Source: Mytilus californianus (Eukaryota). From it: 64,000 nucleotides of DNA. The notes below the pieces were generated by a model. The model saw only the letters and a list, made by a program, of their open reading frames with translations. It had not been told where the DNA came from and searched no databases. The stretch lies in the NCBI RefSeq assembly GCF_021869535.1, contig NW_026262679.1:87358001-87422000 (forward strand), written 5' to 3'. Of this stretch, positions 1 through 11,880 are shown piece by piece; the stretch's first letter is position 1, and each line of letters begins with the position of its first letter. A program made the translations under genes and the position numbers.

Positions 1-599
1 CGATGAAACGTCAGCATGATAAACATGGTGCGTTAGGTATTTAGCAACTAGAGAATATGACATAATCGCCTTGAAAAATATTTCATAATCCAGAGACGTA
101 TACAGTACTATAAATGACTCTGCATTTTCATACCATGTTCTTTGATTTACACTGTTTAACAAATGCACATGTCTGTATTTTGCACAACATTCTTAGATTC
201 TAATATTCGATGTTTGTTCAGTAATTAGTATGTAATGTTATATGCCGGTTTTTTTTTCGAAAACATTAATTTCAACTATTTCAAAACATATTGAAGTTAA
301 AACAAATGGCCACCTGACAGGATTGCATATTTTAGTGAAATTTATTTATTTAGGTAGATTTTCAGACTTTCAAATACTTAGCCAAAAACTAAGTTTACTT
401 ATCAATAAAATATGGGGAAAATATAACAAATTTGAACTTTTTTCAGATGATATTTCTTGATCTTGAAGAAACTTCTGTCCATGTTTCATAGCCTTCAATG
501 AAGGTTTAACAAACTCATTAGTGCCTAAAAATAATCCTCGACTCCATTCAAATGTTAAATGCAAAACATCCATCATCATAATCAGTAAATTACTGAAAA

Positions 600-1250
600 T
601 GGAAAAAAAGATTAATTTCAAAATTTTGCTTCAGACATTATCGCTTTATCATTAAAAAAGCTTCTGTTAAAGTTTCATAAAATTCTAAGAGGGTTTGACT
701 AAGTAATTGATATCTAAAAAAAATTGCAAGAAAGACAAGCCCATTTAGCAGTGAAAATACGGGGGATCCTTTCAAGATTTAACTTCTACATTTATGTCTC
801 TTAATCCCCAAAAAGCCTAATGCCAAAGTTTCAACAAGTCCTATGAAGATTTGACACAGTTATTGAGGTCTCAAAATTTTAACCCAGACTGTATCTAAAT
901 GTTAACTGATAAAAACTTACCACTTTTATAAGAAAAAAACAGGAAAAATTAACAGAATGTTTTCAAACTTTTGCTCTTGATCTTTTGATAATAAAAAAAT
1001 AAGCTTCTGTCCTAGTTTCGTATAATTTTATTTAAGATTGATAAAGATATTAATGCCTCAAAAAGTTTAACCTTAAACTGTATCTTAATCTTAATCTAAC
1101 AACTAAGTTCACTTTATTCATCAGTAAAATTTAGACAAAGCGAAGGGAAAAAATGTGACCTGGATATTGTCTATTGAACATTTAAAGGTTTCTGTCCAAA
1201 TTTTATATGTGTTGCTTCCGCGACAAAATGCCACAGCCTTGAAAAAAAAA
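600..1250. repeat. Degenerate tandem repeat array (about 155-185 bp units)
   Basis: A recurring AAAAAGCTTCTGT..AAGTTTCAT/TCAA motif followed by GATATT..CTCAAAA..TTAAC occurs near 656, 811, 995 and 1182. Strongly diverged; boundaries approximate. Confidence 0.4.
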
Positions 1251-1663
1251 CCAATGTATGCCATATTTCGCATTTCAAATCTCGGTGAATATTTATAATA
1301 CTTTCAAACATACATGTACAACCTACCAATTATTTTAAAACAAATCACGTGATTTTGAAATACTACTATTCTTTTTTTTAATTGGAAATGTTTCCTTTGA
1401 ACACATACTCCTTTATTCCATCTGCATCGTGTTTGTAGTATAAGAAATAGTATAATTCAATTGAAGTAGTAGACTAAAGTCGTTTACTATCACTTCATTT
1501 TTACTTTGATGGATAGTTGAGTCATTGGCAATCATACCACATCTCCTTAATTTTGTATTATAAACCCAATACGACCATCATAACAGGAATAATTAACAAA
1601 ACATTATGCAACGAACGTTATAACGCTGCTAAATTATACCAATATAAGTTGGGACGTTTTATT

Positions 1664-1807
1664 AAAGAATTGAATGCTGATTTATATGAAACAAAAGCAA
1701 GTGACCATCACATTTTGCATGACGCGCGAACGCGCTTCTTGCAAAAAATGTGTGGTGACTTGCTTTCATTTCGTATAAATTTTCTAAAACACCGCATTCA
1801 ATTGTTA
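1664..1807. repeat. Foldback hairpin element (AAGAATTGAATGC...GCATTCAATTGTTA)
   Basis: The outer arms and the inner arms (AAAGCAAGTGACCATCACATTTTGCA / TGCAAAAAATGTGTGGTGACTTGCTTT) are reverse complements around GACGCGCGAACGCGCTTC. The same terminus and a similar centre occur at 32835-32993. Confidence 0.7.
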
Positions 1808-4100
1808 TATTTATAAATTTTCGAAACATAAAAAATATATGTTATTCACATATTGAATCTGAAAGTAAAACTTTTAACACAAAACTTCGACAGAAATTGT
1901 TTAGTGAGATGAAAGCAGTAGCATTTCACATGAAATCAATTATTATATAATAATACGTCATAAAGCTGAAATTAGCATACAAAGATGTCGATTTCAAAGA
2001 AGATAGCTCGTAAAATATTTATAAAATTTTAATCATTATCATGCATGTATATCATACAAAATGAAAACATATGGAGGATTCAAATGATTCGTATTTCAGC
2101 CTATAAAAGATCCATTGTATGGATTGAACATATACTGTAAATATATGCCTATAATGCATTTACGATTGATTAATTCAATGGCGTCATGTGCGCATACCAC
2201 TACAAATACTAAACAGTGCGAACACTTGTGAATATGCATTATAAATGAAAGGGATTCCCGTAATTACAACACGTGTTTCTGGAATGATCTTAATTCATCA
2301 GTAGGTACGCTGAATACCATTTTTTTGGAAAACAACTAATTTAAAACGTTTCAGGTTAATAAATCAAGAGCCTACACAGAAATGCCCATGCCACCTTAAG
2401 TAAAATTTACCTGAGGGAGCTACACTACCTTAGTTGTAATACTATTACAAAATGTAGATAAAACATATTTAATGATTTAAAAATTTAAAAATTTATAAGC
2501 ATAATGCATCAAAGCGCCAGATGTTTCCATCAAGAAGTACTTTTTGCAACGTAATTTTTCAGTGTTTTTGGTTATATTTTTCTGCTGCATTGACTTTTTC
2601 ATTTTACTTATTTTTGTTTTGACTAAATTTTTATACCTTCCATACCAAAAGTCTTCTTTACAAGAATAAATCAAGAAATTAAAACTAGCTAATAGAGTAA
2701 GCAGAAAGAATTAAAAAAAAAATCAGTTGACACCGTTGAGGTTAAGAAATACTATATTTTAATCGCAATATATTTCAATAATTTATAACTATTTATTATC
2801 ATTATAATCTGTTTTAAATCACTATCATACTATGCATACTGTGCTTCTATCTTTCAAATGTTTCAAAATCCGTAGTTGAAACTGCAAAGGAGTAAAAAGT
2901 CAGAAATAAACATGTGCTTTATAACTATATTTTCCATAATTATTTGACAAACTTCTTTAATTTCTAATTTGTAACTTTGAATTTATCTTTTGACTCCAAA
3001 ATTATTTATTTTTTTACGATTCCGCAAGAACAAAAGCAAACTATACAACGATTTTTTTTAGCAATAAACACTTTTATTTGTTTGTATATTTTCTATTCTA
3101 TATCTATATTTCTTTTTGATATTTCAAGTTTCTACAACAATGTAGTGATAAAAGATAAGTTAATAAATGTAATATAAATTATCAGTCTCACCTTGATCAA
3201 CTTTTTCGTCTATTGTTTTCCAATTTAATCCTTTTTAACAATGTCTTATTTTTTCGGTACCTTAATCACTTTCCGTCTTATCTCATTCTGGTACCTTAAA
3301 TCAATACGACAATCTCATCTTTTTTCCATCGCACACAATTATATGTTCCAACCCTCTCGAGATCGTTGTGTTGAGGAAGTGTTGCGTGCGCGGCAAATTA
3401 ACGAAAGATAATTTGAAATTAATCAGTAATAAACACAACAATAGATACCTGTTAAATCAGATGAAACAACTTCAAGATGATCACAGAATAGGCTTGTTAG
3501 TCGTAAAATATAGGTTTTACCCTCAAGTTACTATAGCTATCTGCTTATTAAACCATAATAATTGACAAATTATTGAATATATGATATTGTTACTATAGTT
3601 TTTCATTTTCGTTGTTTTTTATGCATTTGATTCGTCATTGTTGCATATTTAATGGTTCACTGACGCAGAACAATGCAATGTCATCATCATTGTTATTTCT
3701 ACTATTGTTAAAGCGGAACCGTTTCCGACTGGAACATACATAAATTGATTATAGAATGGCAATGTATTGCAATTTGTTACACCCACGAACGACGACTAAT
3801 CTTTATGTAATGTTTTGATATTTATGTATACTTTTTTTGCAGATTTGTTACAATTTCGAATGAAGACAAATTGTATTAAAAGTTCTGTGGTTTTTTTTTT
3901 TTGTCTTCTTTTTATCGGTTAGGGCTGTTTCTGATCAATGTGTTAGTTCTACTTAGCAATATAATGGATAGACATTGTCGCAATATTTGACTCATGTTTC
4001 TTGGATGGATTTGCTATTAATTCTATGTCTTTTTATGTCATATAGCTCTTCATCTGTTTCGGTTCTTATACATCCTTGGCACTCAAATATTCGGCTTTGA

Positions 4101-4142
4101 GCGTTCCTGATGAAGGTAAATCCAGAAAAGCGTTTCTTACGC
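4101..4142 (+). ncRNA. Minimal type I hammerhead ribozyme (core intact, stem I partly decayed)
   Basis: GCGTTC-CTGATGA-AGGTAAATCCA-GAAA-A-GCGT-TTC-TTACGC. The CUGAUGA and GAAA core boxes are present; only ACGC of the 3' stem I strand pairs. A more decayed copy lies near 24980-25022. Confidence 0.55.
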
Positions 4143-4489
4143 ATGAAATTTATAAAGTGCTGTTTTCATTTTGTCAGGACTAATTTGAGCAATTAGATTT
4201 TTACGTGCCCACTAACTGGCATTAATATTAAAGTAAATTGGTCCATGGACATTTGTCCCCTATACTTTATATTTTAACTTTGGGTGCGAATGTATTTCAC
4301 GAGGAATGCATTTGTTCTTAGGATGAATAATGAATATACAGTAATCACGAAAATATAAACTTCAGAACAATATCTCTAGATATGATTTTTTTAGGAGATA
4401 ATAAAAAGACATTACCAATCTTATCACTTATCAATTATGTTCTTTTTTCCTCGAATGTGCCATCAGCGAATGAGACTTTTTATAGAATG

Positions 4490-4725
4490 TGTATTTGCAT
4501 GAGCAACACGATGACAGCCAAATGTGGAGAAGAATCTGTTTATCCTTTCAGAGTACCTGCGATCGTCCCAAGTTTTTGTTGGTGTTAGTGTTGCTCAATC
4601 ATTTGTTTTCTTTGTTAAGTTTTGTTGACTTGTTTTTCTTTTCGTTTTTTGCCATGGTGTTGTCAGTTTAATATCCTCGACTTGTGAGTTTAAATATCCC
4701 TTTGGTATCTTTCACCACTCTTTTA
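4490..4725 (+). mobile_element. 5'-truncated 3' end of a Penelope-like retroelement
   Basis: GAGCAACACGA..CTGC.TATCCTT..GAG.ACCTG..ATC..CCC..TTTTT..GCCATGG.GTTGTCAGTTT..GAGTTT..ATATCCCTTTGGTATCTTTC is homologous to 57415-57650, which continues directly from RT C-terminal coding sequence. Confidence 0.7.
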
Positions 4726-5164
4726 TGTAACTATCTTATTAAAATTGTAATGTTTTATTGCTTATAAAAGGAAATTGCAATGATATTTGTTTTACTTAAT
4801 AATCACATACATGACAAAGTCTCCTTTCTTACACGGTATATAACTGAGTATGTCAAAATTTGGCTAAATAGTGCGTTGTCAGTTTATTTTCGACTTATGA
4901 GTTTGAATGTCCCTTTGGTATCATTCGCCTCTCTGTTTAAAGAAAGATTTTACACGACCAACTCCACAAGAGATTTGAATCATATGTACACAATGTCATT
5001 CAAAGGGTTTGTTAAAAAAAAAAAGCGGTATATACCAAGGGAACATTCATGCTCATATGTCAAAGAAAAATTGACAATGCCAGAGCATAACAAAATCAAA
5101 GAATTCAAGACAAGAGTTGTCTATTTATTATGAAGTTTTTAGTATATTAGACATTCAAATTTTT

Positions 5165-5203
5165 ATCACTGAGACACTTATTGTCGAAATGCGCGTCTGG
5201 TGC
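5165..5203 (+). ncRNA. Decayed minimal hammerhead ribozyme (3-nt core deletion)
   Basis: ATCA-CTGA(del)-GACA-CTTAT-TGTC-GAAA-T-GCGC-GTC-TGGTGC. Stem II GACA/TGTC and a palindromic GCGC loop 3 are present. Confidence 0.55.
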
Positions 5204-5793
5204 AGTAAAATTGTTATCGTGGGTGTCATAACTATCACTGGGTCGATGCCTCTGTTTCTTACTGTTAGTTCCTGGGGGTATCATTAGCCCAGTAGCTAGT
5301 ACCTCGGTACTGATATGAAACTATGTATATTGTTGTTCCATCTTAGTAAAACATAACAGAAATCAACACATTCCAGAGTACTATGTAAAATATCGCAGTG
5401 CAGCGAAAATGAAAGGATCACTATCATTGGGTAATATAAAGGTACTAAAAATGTATCTTAAAAGTTTATTCGTTTCAAAAGTAGTGTAATTATTAATATA
5501 TTCCATTTTAGAGTTCTTTTATTTCTGTCTATGATCGTTAGTGATTGTATTTTACATATGTTTACCTCTTGTTTCACATGTGAATGTGACGGAGTGTTTT
5601 TAAATAAAGCATTTTGTATTGAATTGTTGTTGTTATACAATTTCGAAGTCATTTTAAATTAAGGAATGCATCTCCCTCATGCATAGCTCTGAATCCTTGT
5701 CCGGGTTATAGATTTACTTTTTGTCTTTTGTTTTGTTTTATCAGCTCTTCAACATTTGTAGGAGTTTTGGATTTTCAAATAGTTTGGCCTCGA

Positions 5794-5835
5794 GCATCAC
5801 TAAAGAGACATTGATTGTCGAAATGCGCATCTGGT
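5794..5835 (+). ncRNA. Decayed minimal hammerhead ribozyme
   Basis: GCATCA-CTAAAGA-GACA-TTGAT-TGTC-GAAA-T-GCGC-ATC-TGGT. One core change (G5 to A); stems II and III are intact. Confidence 0.6.
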
Positions 5836-8621
5836 AAATGGTACCGTGAATGATATTTCTATACACTTTAAACATCAGTCCTTAATTTGTACTTTATCGA
5901 GAAAGTGTATACTATATACTGTATTTACTATCAACTACAAAAACTTTTCTGTACGCGTCTTTGCCAATATTACTATCAACTACAAAAAAAATTTTGTTGG
6001 CGTTTTTGTCAAATTTACTATCAACTTTTATCCTGGCAGATTTATTTGTACGTTTGTTTGAATTTTGTTAGTCAGTTGTGTTGTTTGTGGGGTATTTTTA
6101 CAGTTTGGGCTGCTAGATCCAAATTTTTGTCACATTAACCTATTATGCCTGTTTGGATTGTTCACCCAATTTTTTCAATATAACGGAACAATAAACAACT
6201 GTCATACAAATGCGGGGTTAAGCTAGCTATAAACCAGGTTTAACCCACCATTTTCTTCGGGAAACTTTGCGGTCGTTGTTTAATCAAAGTATAACTTCTT
6301 AAAATTTGATTGACAAATCATTCAATTTATCCATTTCAAGAACTTCAAATTAAATTACTTTCGTCTAAAGGATGTCACGGAAACCTACGTTGATTATGTA
6401 AAAATCTTTTAAAAGATTAACTCAGTTGTTCTCTTCACTCTAATTTTTTTTTTTAAATATTCTTGCATTTTTATTGGCTTACTGCATTTATTAATTCATC
6501 TCAACTGTAAACTTATCAAGTCATTTCAAGGCTGCATATTTTGTATATCAAAAGACAAGGTTCCAATTCTTCACTCTTTTATCAAGATATTGAGTGGGAA
6601 CGTTTGTCTATCCTTTGGATTCTGACCAATTGTAGCCTCAATTGACTCCAGATCTTGGTTTTTATTAAAGCCAATGAACTTGCCTTGCAACCAACCATGC
6701 CCCGAGAGTCTTAAAATGAAATTTAAAATGGTAACATAATTATACTTCTTTAAAATAACTTATTCCCGTCATTGGTAAACATTCTATTATGAATTTAAAC
6801 ATCAAGCATTTATTTGGAGTTTACTCGTTTTCACAGGATGCAAATTAAGGATCCCCGGTCACAACTAAAACCATGAAACATGAAACATGAAAAATCAACA
6901 AAATAATAATATTTGCTTAACTAAACAGAATAAAATTAAATGATTAATTAGATAAATGATAAAAGCAAGAAAATGACTTCATAAGACACCATGCCCCGAT
7001 CACATCATCTAATTTCTATTTTCATTCAAATAGGTTGTCATCAGCCTACATTTGTTGATGAACAACTGCGATCACTTTTTGTTCGTCGAAATACACGTCG
7101 TGTAAAATATTAAGAAACAATGAAAAAAACAAATGCTTAAATCGAAAGTGTGTGACATTGACATCCGCTGGTCAATGCATGTTTATTGGGACAATATTTT
7201 GAACTTCAATTGTAGTTGGAAATGATTGGAAACAAATGACCGATGAAACCATCCGATTAGTCTTGAAACTTTGACTCTGTTCATCCACATTTTTTTACAC
7301 TCTGGCTAATCATTTGTTTAAAGATCAACCATTTCAACTTCATCTACTTATGTATTATATATTTCTGAGTTGCTATGAAATTCTATACAGTGTGTTCCTG
7401 TGATAAGATTCAAGCTTATAATTGTTGAAGGAATTCATTTTTTAATCACGATTTATTTTTTAAATAGATATTTGTTTATTCCACAATTGTCCGGTTTACA
7501 GTTTCCTCGGATTCACAGGATGCAGACTAAGAATCCCCGTTTATAACTAAAACCATGAAAACATGAAAAATCAACAAAATAATGATATCAAATATTCTAT
7601 TATATGACAATAAATGAAAGAAACAACTGTCTAGATAGTAATGCCAAATAATATAACATTATAACACAATCGAGTGCACCGCTGAGCAATGGACTAACTA
7701 ATACAAATTAACGAGTACATAAAAGATATAATACATGACATCGTGACTGTTCTCTCCTTCACGGTCAGCAATTATCATATGTAATATGTTTAATCTTACT
7801 TTGTCTATTGTATTATTATAGAATGCGGATCATATTTGACTTCAAAAGATTCAAAACATCTATTATATAGATGTCATGATGTTGTTACTCCATCATATTT
7901 AACCACTGTTATCTCCAAAAATTATAAAGTGTTCTAGATTGTTCATTATTCAATTGAATATTCCATAATATGAAAATATTTTTGATTTTACTGATGATTA
8001 GTTTGGTTGCACTGTAGCTGAAAAATAAATCTTGCAAATTTTCCGTATTATTAACTGTTTGGCAAAGATGACCTTTTCCATTTGATAATTTCAATTTTGA
8101 AGCCTATACTTTCCGCATATATTGTTTTGAGAATGCATTTCAATTGGAATTCTTTTTATTTTATTATCAATGCTAATTCATTTTAAGATTGCTTCATACT
8201 ATTTTCCAATTTAAAACGTGCCAAAAACTTTCTTGCCATTTATTTTGACATTTAGCAACTATGTATTTATGAATGCCTCGAATATGTTTGAGTTTTAACT
8301 CTATCGCGTTTGTTTCCCCATTTCTACCTAATATGTACATTTCGTCAGAAAGTTTCAATTTTATGTTTATATTTTCATTAATTTTCTACCAATTTCTAAA
8401 ATTTCTACCAAATCAATTCGTATCGAACTTTTAACTCGTTAAAATTCGGATAAACAGTTTCTTTTATGCACAAGTTTTTCAAATTAAGAACTTCAACTAT
8501 AAAAATCATTCTACTCCAGGAATAGATAACCATAGCTGTATTTAGCAAAACCTTTCGGAATTTTGGGTCCTCAATGCTTTTCAACTTCGTGTTTTATTTG
8601 GCCTTTTTACATTTTTGATTC

Positions 8622-8667
8622 GAGCGTCATTGATGAGTCTTTTGTAGATGAAACGCACGTCTGGCGT
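8622..8667 (+). ncRNA. Minimal type I hammerhead ribozyme (best-preserved copy)
   Basis: GCGTCA(8624-29)-TTGATGA-GTCT-TTTGT-AGAT-GAAA-C-GCAC-GTC-TGGCGT. Stem I GCGTCA/TGGCGT, stem II GTCT/AGAT, 2-bp stem III, GUC cleavage triplet at 8659-61. The only core change is C3 to U. Confidence 0.75.
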
Positions 8668-8810
8668 ACAACATTTAAATCCTGGTATCTTTGATGACTT
8701 TATTTACATCCCCTGGGTAGATGCCACTGCTGGTGGAGGTTAACTCCCAGAGGGTATCACCAGTCCAGTAGTCAGCACTTCTGTTGACATGTATTATCAT
8801 TGATATGGTC

Positions 8811-10953
8811 CACGCCTGGTACACCATCAAATCTCGACCAAATGGTTAAGCGAGAAAAAGGTTTACTGGCACTTCCTGTTGAGCTTTTCTGGTACAAAAT
8901 ATCAAAATAATAGGTAGGGAAGATCGACTTTTCATCAATTTATTGGCAATCTGTAAATATTTTGTTAAATAGAAGAATGTCATACCATAGATAACTAAAT
9001 GAGAGCTTGTCTCGTTCATTACTCGGACCAATATAATCTAAAATAATAATAAAAAAGTGCGGTCAGCTCAGTGAGTTTTTGACAAAATTACAGTTAGATC
9101 ATCAATATGTCAGGTATATATATATCAGTATATAAGTGTTCTTTTTAATAAATATAAACGTATAATAACAGTTATTTTCTATTTCTTACGAATATAATTT
9201 TATTAAGCTGAATATGTTATAAAGTATGTACGGTTGAGATTGTCAGGTATCGGTTGTGATATTCTGGAACAATGATGAGATCTTCTGTCGAATAAAATAG
9301 CTACGTATCAATCGGATACAACCGTCAATGTTCATGAACTTTCTGTATAGTGGTTGTTATTTTAACATGTTTCTGGTCTTGACATTAGATTTGAATGGAG
9401 TCCTGTTGGAATCAAACAGATACTAAAGAGTTGTGTTTTTAAAGTCTAGCTAACGAGATAGAAAGTCTAGCGCTGAAGATTTAAAGTCGAGCGCTGTAGT
9501 TTAACGTTCGGCGTAGTAGATGCAATGTCAAGCGCTGTACATCTTAATTTTCAGAGCTATAGATGCAAAGTCCTGCCTTGCTTCCAAACAAATAAAGCTT
9601 ACTGTTGTGTCATGTGTGTGCATATGTATGGAAACAGCATTTTCTATAGATTTGATTTACAATAGGTAAAATGATAAAATATAATCTCTTTTAGGTGTTA
9701 TCAAGGAAACAATTTGCATTTATTTGATACAAAATATTGCAAAAAAGGGGATGAAAATGTCACAAATGTCCCCAAAATATGGTCCAAAGACGAATTGCAA
9801 TCCATTAGAGTGACATTTTTTTCTGAAACTATTGACATTTATCTATCTAGATGTCAAATACTGAAAACCATATGTATTTAACATTATTTTTCGATGAAAT
9901 TGAATTGAGAAGTTTGAGCTTAAAAAAAGTGTTAAAAAACACGCTTCAATAATCTCTCACTGGATCTCATGTCGGTACGGATGTGATACAAAGACTGTCA
10001 AACAGAAAATTGCCTATAAAACATGCAAAAATCAATGTTCATATAAAACCCTTTTAAAAGTTATATTGGTCTTTAGCTATTTAAGAATACATTTTATTGT
10101 ACACTTTCTTTCTTATTTGACAAATTCACAGGGGCCGAATTGCGAAACCAAACTCCTAACTGTGTATTGCTACCTAATACCTACAGCGCTCGACTTTACA
10201 TCTACAGCGCAACCCCTTACATCTTGAGTGCTAGACTTTACTTCTCCAGCACTTACTTAACATCTTCAGCTCTTCAGCGCTAAACTTTACATCTCGTTTT
10301 CTAGGCTTTAAAAACCACCACTATTTAGTATCTGTATAAATGGACAAGCAGGACTCAATCATACAAAACAAGAAGCAAGTTCAAATGACAACCACTATAC
10401 AGAGTGTACATGAATTTTGACAGTCGTATCCAATTGCCAATTAGCTAGTTGGAAGTTTTATTTGACAGAAGATCTCAACATTGTTCCAGAATATCACAAC
10501 CGATACCAGACAATCTCAACCGACATACTTTACAACATATTCAGCTTAATAAAACCATATTCGTAAGAAATAGAGAAAAAACTGTTATCATACGTTTATA
10601 GTGACGAAGAACACTTATGTACTGATATATACGTTACGTATTGATAAACTCACCGTCATTTTGTCAAAAACTCACTGCGCTGACCGCACTTTCCTGCGGG
10701 TGAAAAGTCATTCCGATGTCATTTTAAATTACATTGGTCCGAGTAATGAACTAGACAAACTATCATTTAGTTATCTATTGCATGACGTTCTCTTATTTAA
10801 CAAAATATTTACAGATTGGCAATAAATTGACGAAAAGTCGACCTACCCTATCTGTATTTTTGATATTTTATACCAGAAAAGCTCAACAGGAAGTGCCAGT
10901 AAATTTTATTCTCGCTTAACCATTTTTTTTAGATTAATGGTTTACCAGGCGTG
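8811..10953. mobile_element. Non-autonomous foldback DNA transposon with about 750-bp TIRs, CAC...GTG termini and a probable 5-bp TSD
   Basis: The left end CACGCCTGGTACACCATCAAATC..AAATGGTTAAGCGAG is the reverse complement of the right end CTCGCTTAACCATTTT..ATGGTTTACCAGGCGTG. Inverted homology runs about 8811-9570 versus 10180-10953. Flanks are TGGTC (8806-10) and TTGTC (10954-58). No transposase ORF. Confidence 0.8.
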
Positions 10954-11125
10954 TTGTCATTATTATAAATTTACTGTTTGTAAAACTTCATTTTTTTATA
11001 AACACTAAGGATTTTCTACCCCAGGAATAATTACAAAAGCTGTATTTGGTAAACCCTTTCGGAAATTCGGTACTCAATGCTCTTCAACGTCGTAATTCAT
11101 TTGATCTTTTTAACGTTTTTGTTTC

Positions 11126-11171
11126 GAGTGTCACTGAAGAGTCTTTGGCAGACAAAATGCTCGTCTGGCGT
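11126..11171 (+). ncRNA. Decayed minimal hammerhead ribozyme (partner of the 8622 copy)
   Basis: GTGTCA-CTGAAGA-GTCT-TTGGC-AGAC-AAAA-T-GCTC-GTC-TGGCGT. G12 to A change in the GAAA box. Confidence 0.65.
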
Positions 11172-11239
11172 ACAAAACTTTTATCCTGGTATCTATGATT
11201 AGTTTATTTCCATATATCTTTGATATATTTCATATTACT

Positions 11240-11880
11240 TTAAAAAAAAAAAAGGAATAAAAACAATGGCTTATTTTGGAAAGAAAATTTTGAATTACCA
11301 AATATTCTCATAGTAGATACATTTGTCTTTGTAATTGGATTATCGCCAGTCTTTAGAAAATAAGACCAGGTATTATAGATCATTTTCTGATAAAATAAGG
11401 GAATATTTTTAAAATATAGTCCGTCCGGTAACGTTTGAGCCCTTACATAAAAAATATTGATCATTATACTTGTTATATAATTGTGGAAGCCAATACTTGC
11501 CAATTGCATGCAGCTTTCTAACGGTTCATGAAGAAACGATAAAGGGACTTTATTTGTTTACTTCTAATAAATAAATCGATACTGACCATTCCCGTTCCAC
11601 CACATTGTTACATCTAGACAGCAAATCTGTCTTTTTAATTTGGTTAACTTTCCCCTCCCATATAAAATTCCAACTGATACTGTGTATTCCTTTTGAATAT
11701 TTGTAAAGTATTCCCCGCATTCCAATTTCATAAGAGCACATAGTCAATATGAAATGATGTAGCATTAAAGTTTTACTATTATAAGACAGTTTCTTCCTTT
11801 TCCACACAAGGACGCAGTTTTTCATCTTTTTCTATAAAGCTTTGCCATATAGCACCATTATGGAAGAAAACCACTAATTC
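11240..11880 (-). pseudogene. Tx1/L1-like LINE ORF2 fragment (post-RT region), frameshifted
   Basis: Track ORFs 11550-11825 (MKNCVLVWKRKKLSYNSKTL..WNFIWEGKVNQI) and 11240-11509 (IPLFYQKMIYNTWSYF..IFGNSKFSFQNKPLF) match the WK.R.LS..GK and FIW.GK motifs of L1/Tx1 ORF2. Confidence 0.6.

Noticed and set aside
2262-2310. Minus-strand CTGATGA...GAAAC-ACGT-GTT hammerhead-like motif
   Set aside because: The core boxes are present, but neither stem I nor stem II pairs convincingly. At best this is a heavily decayed copy.
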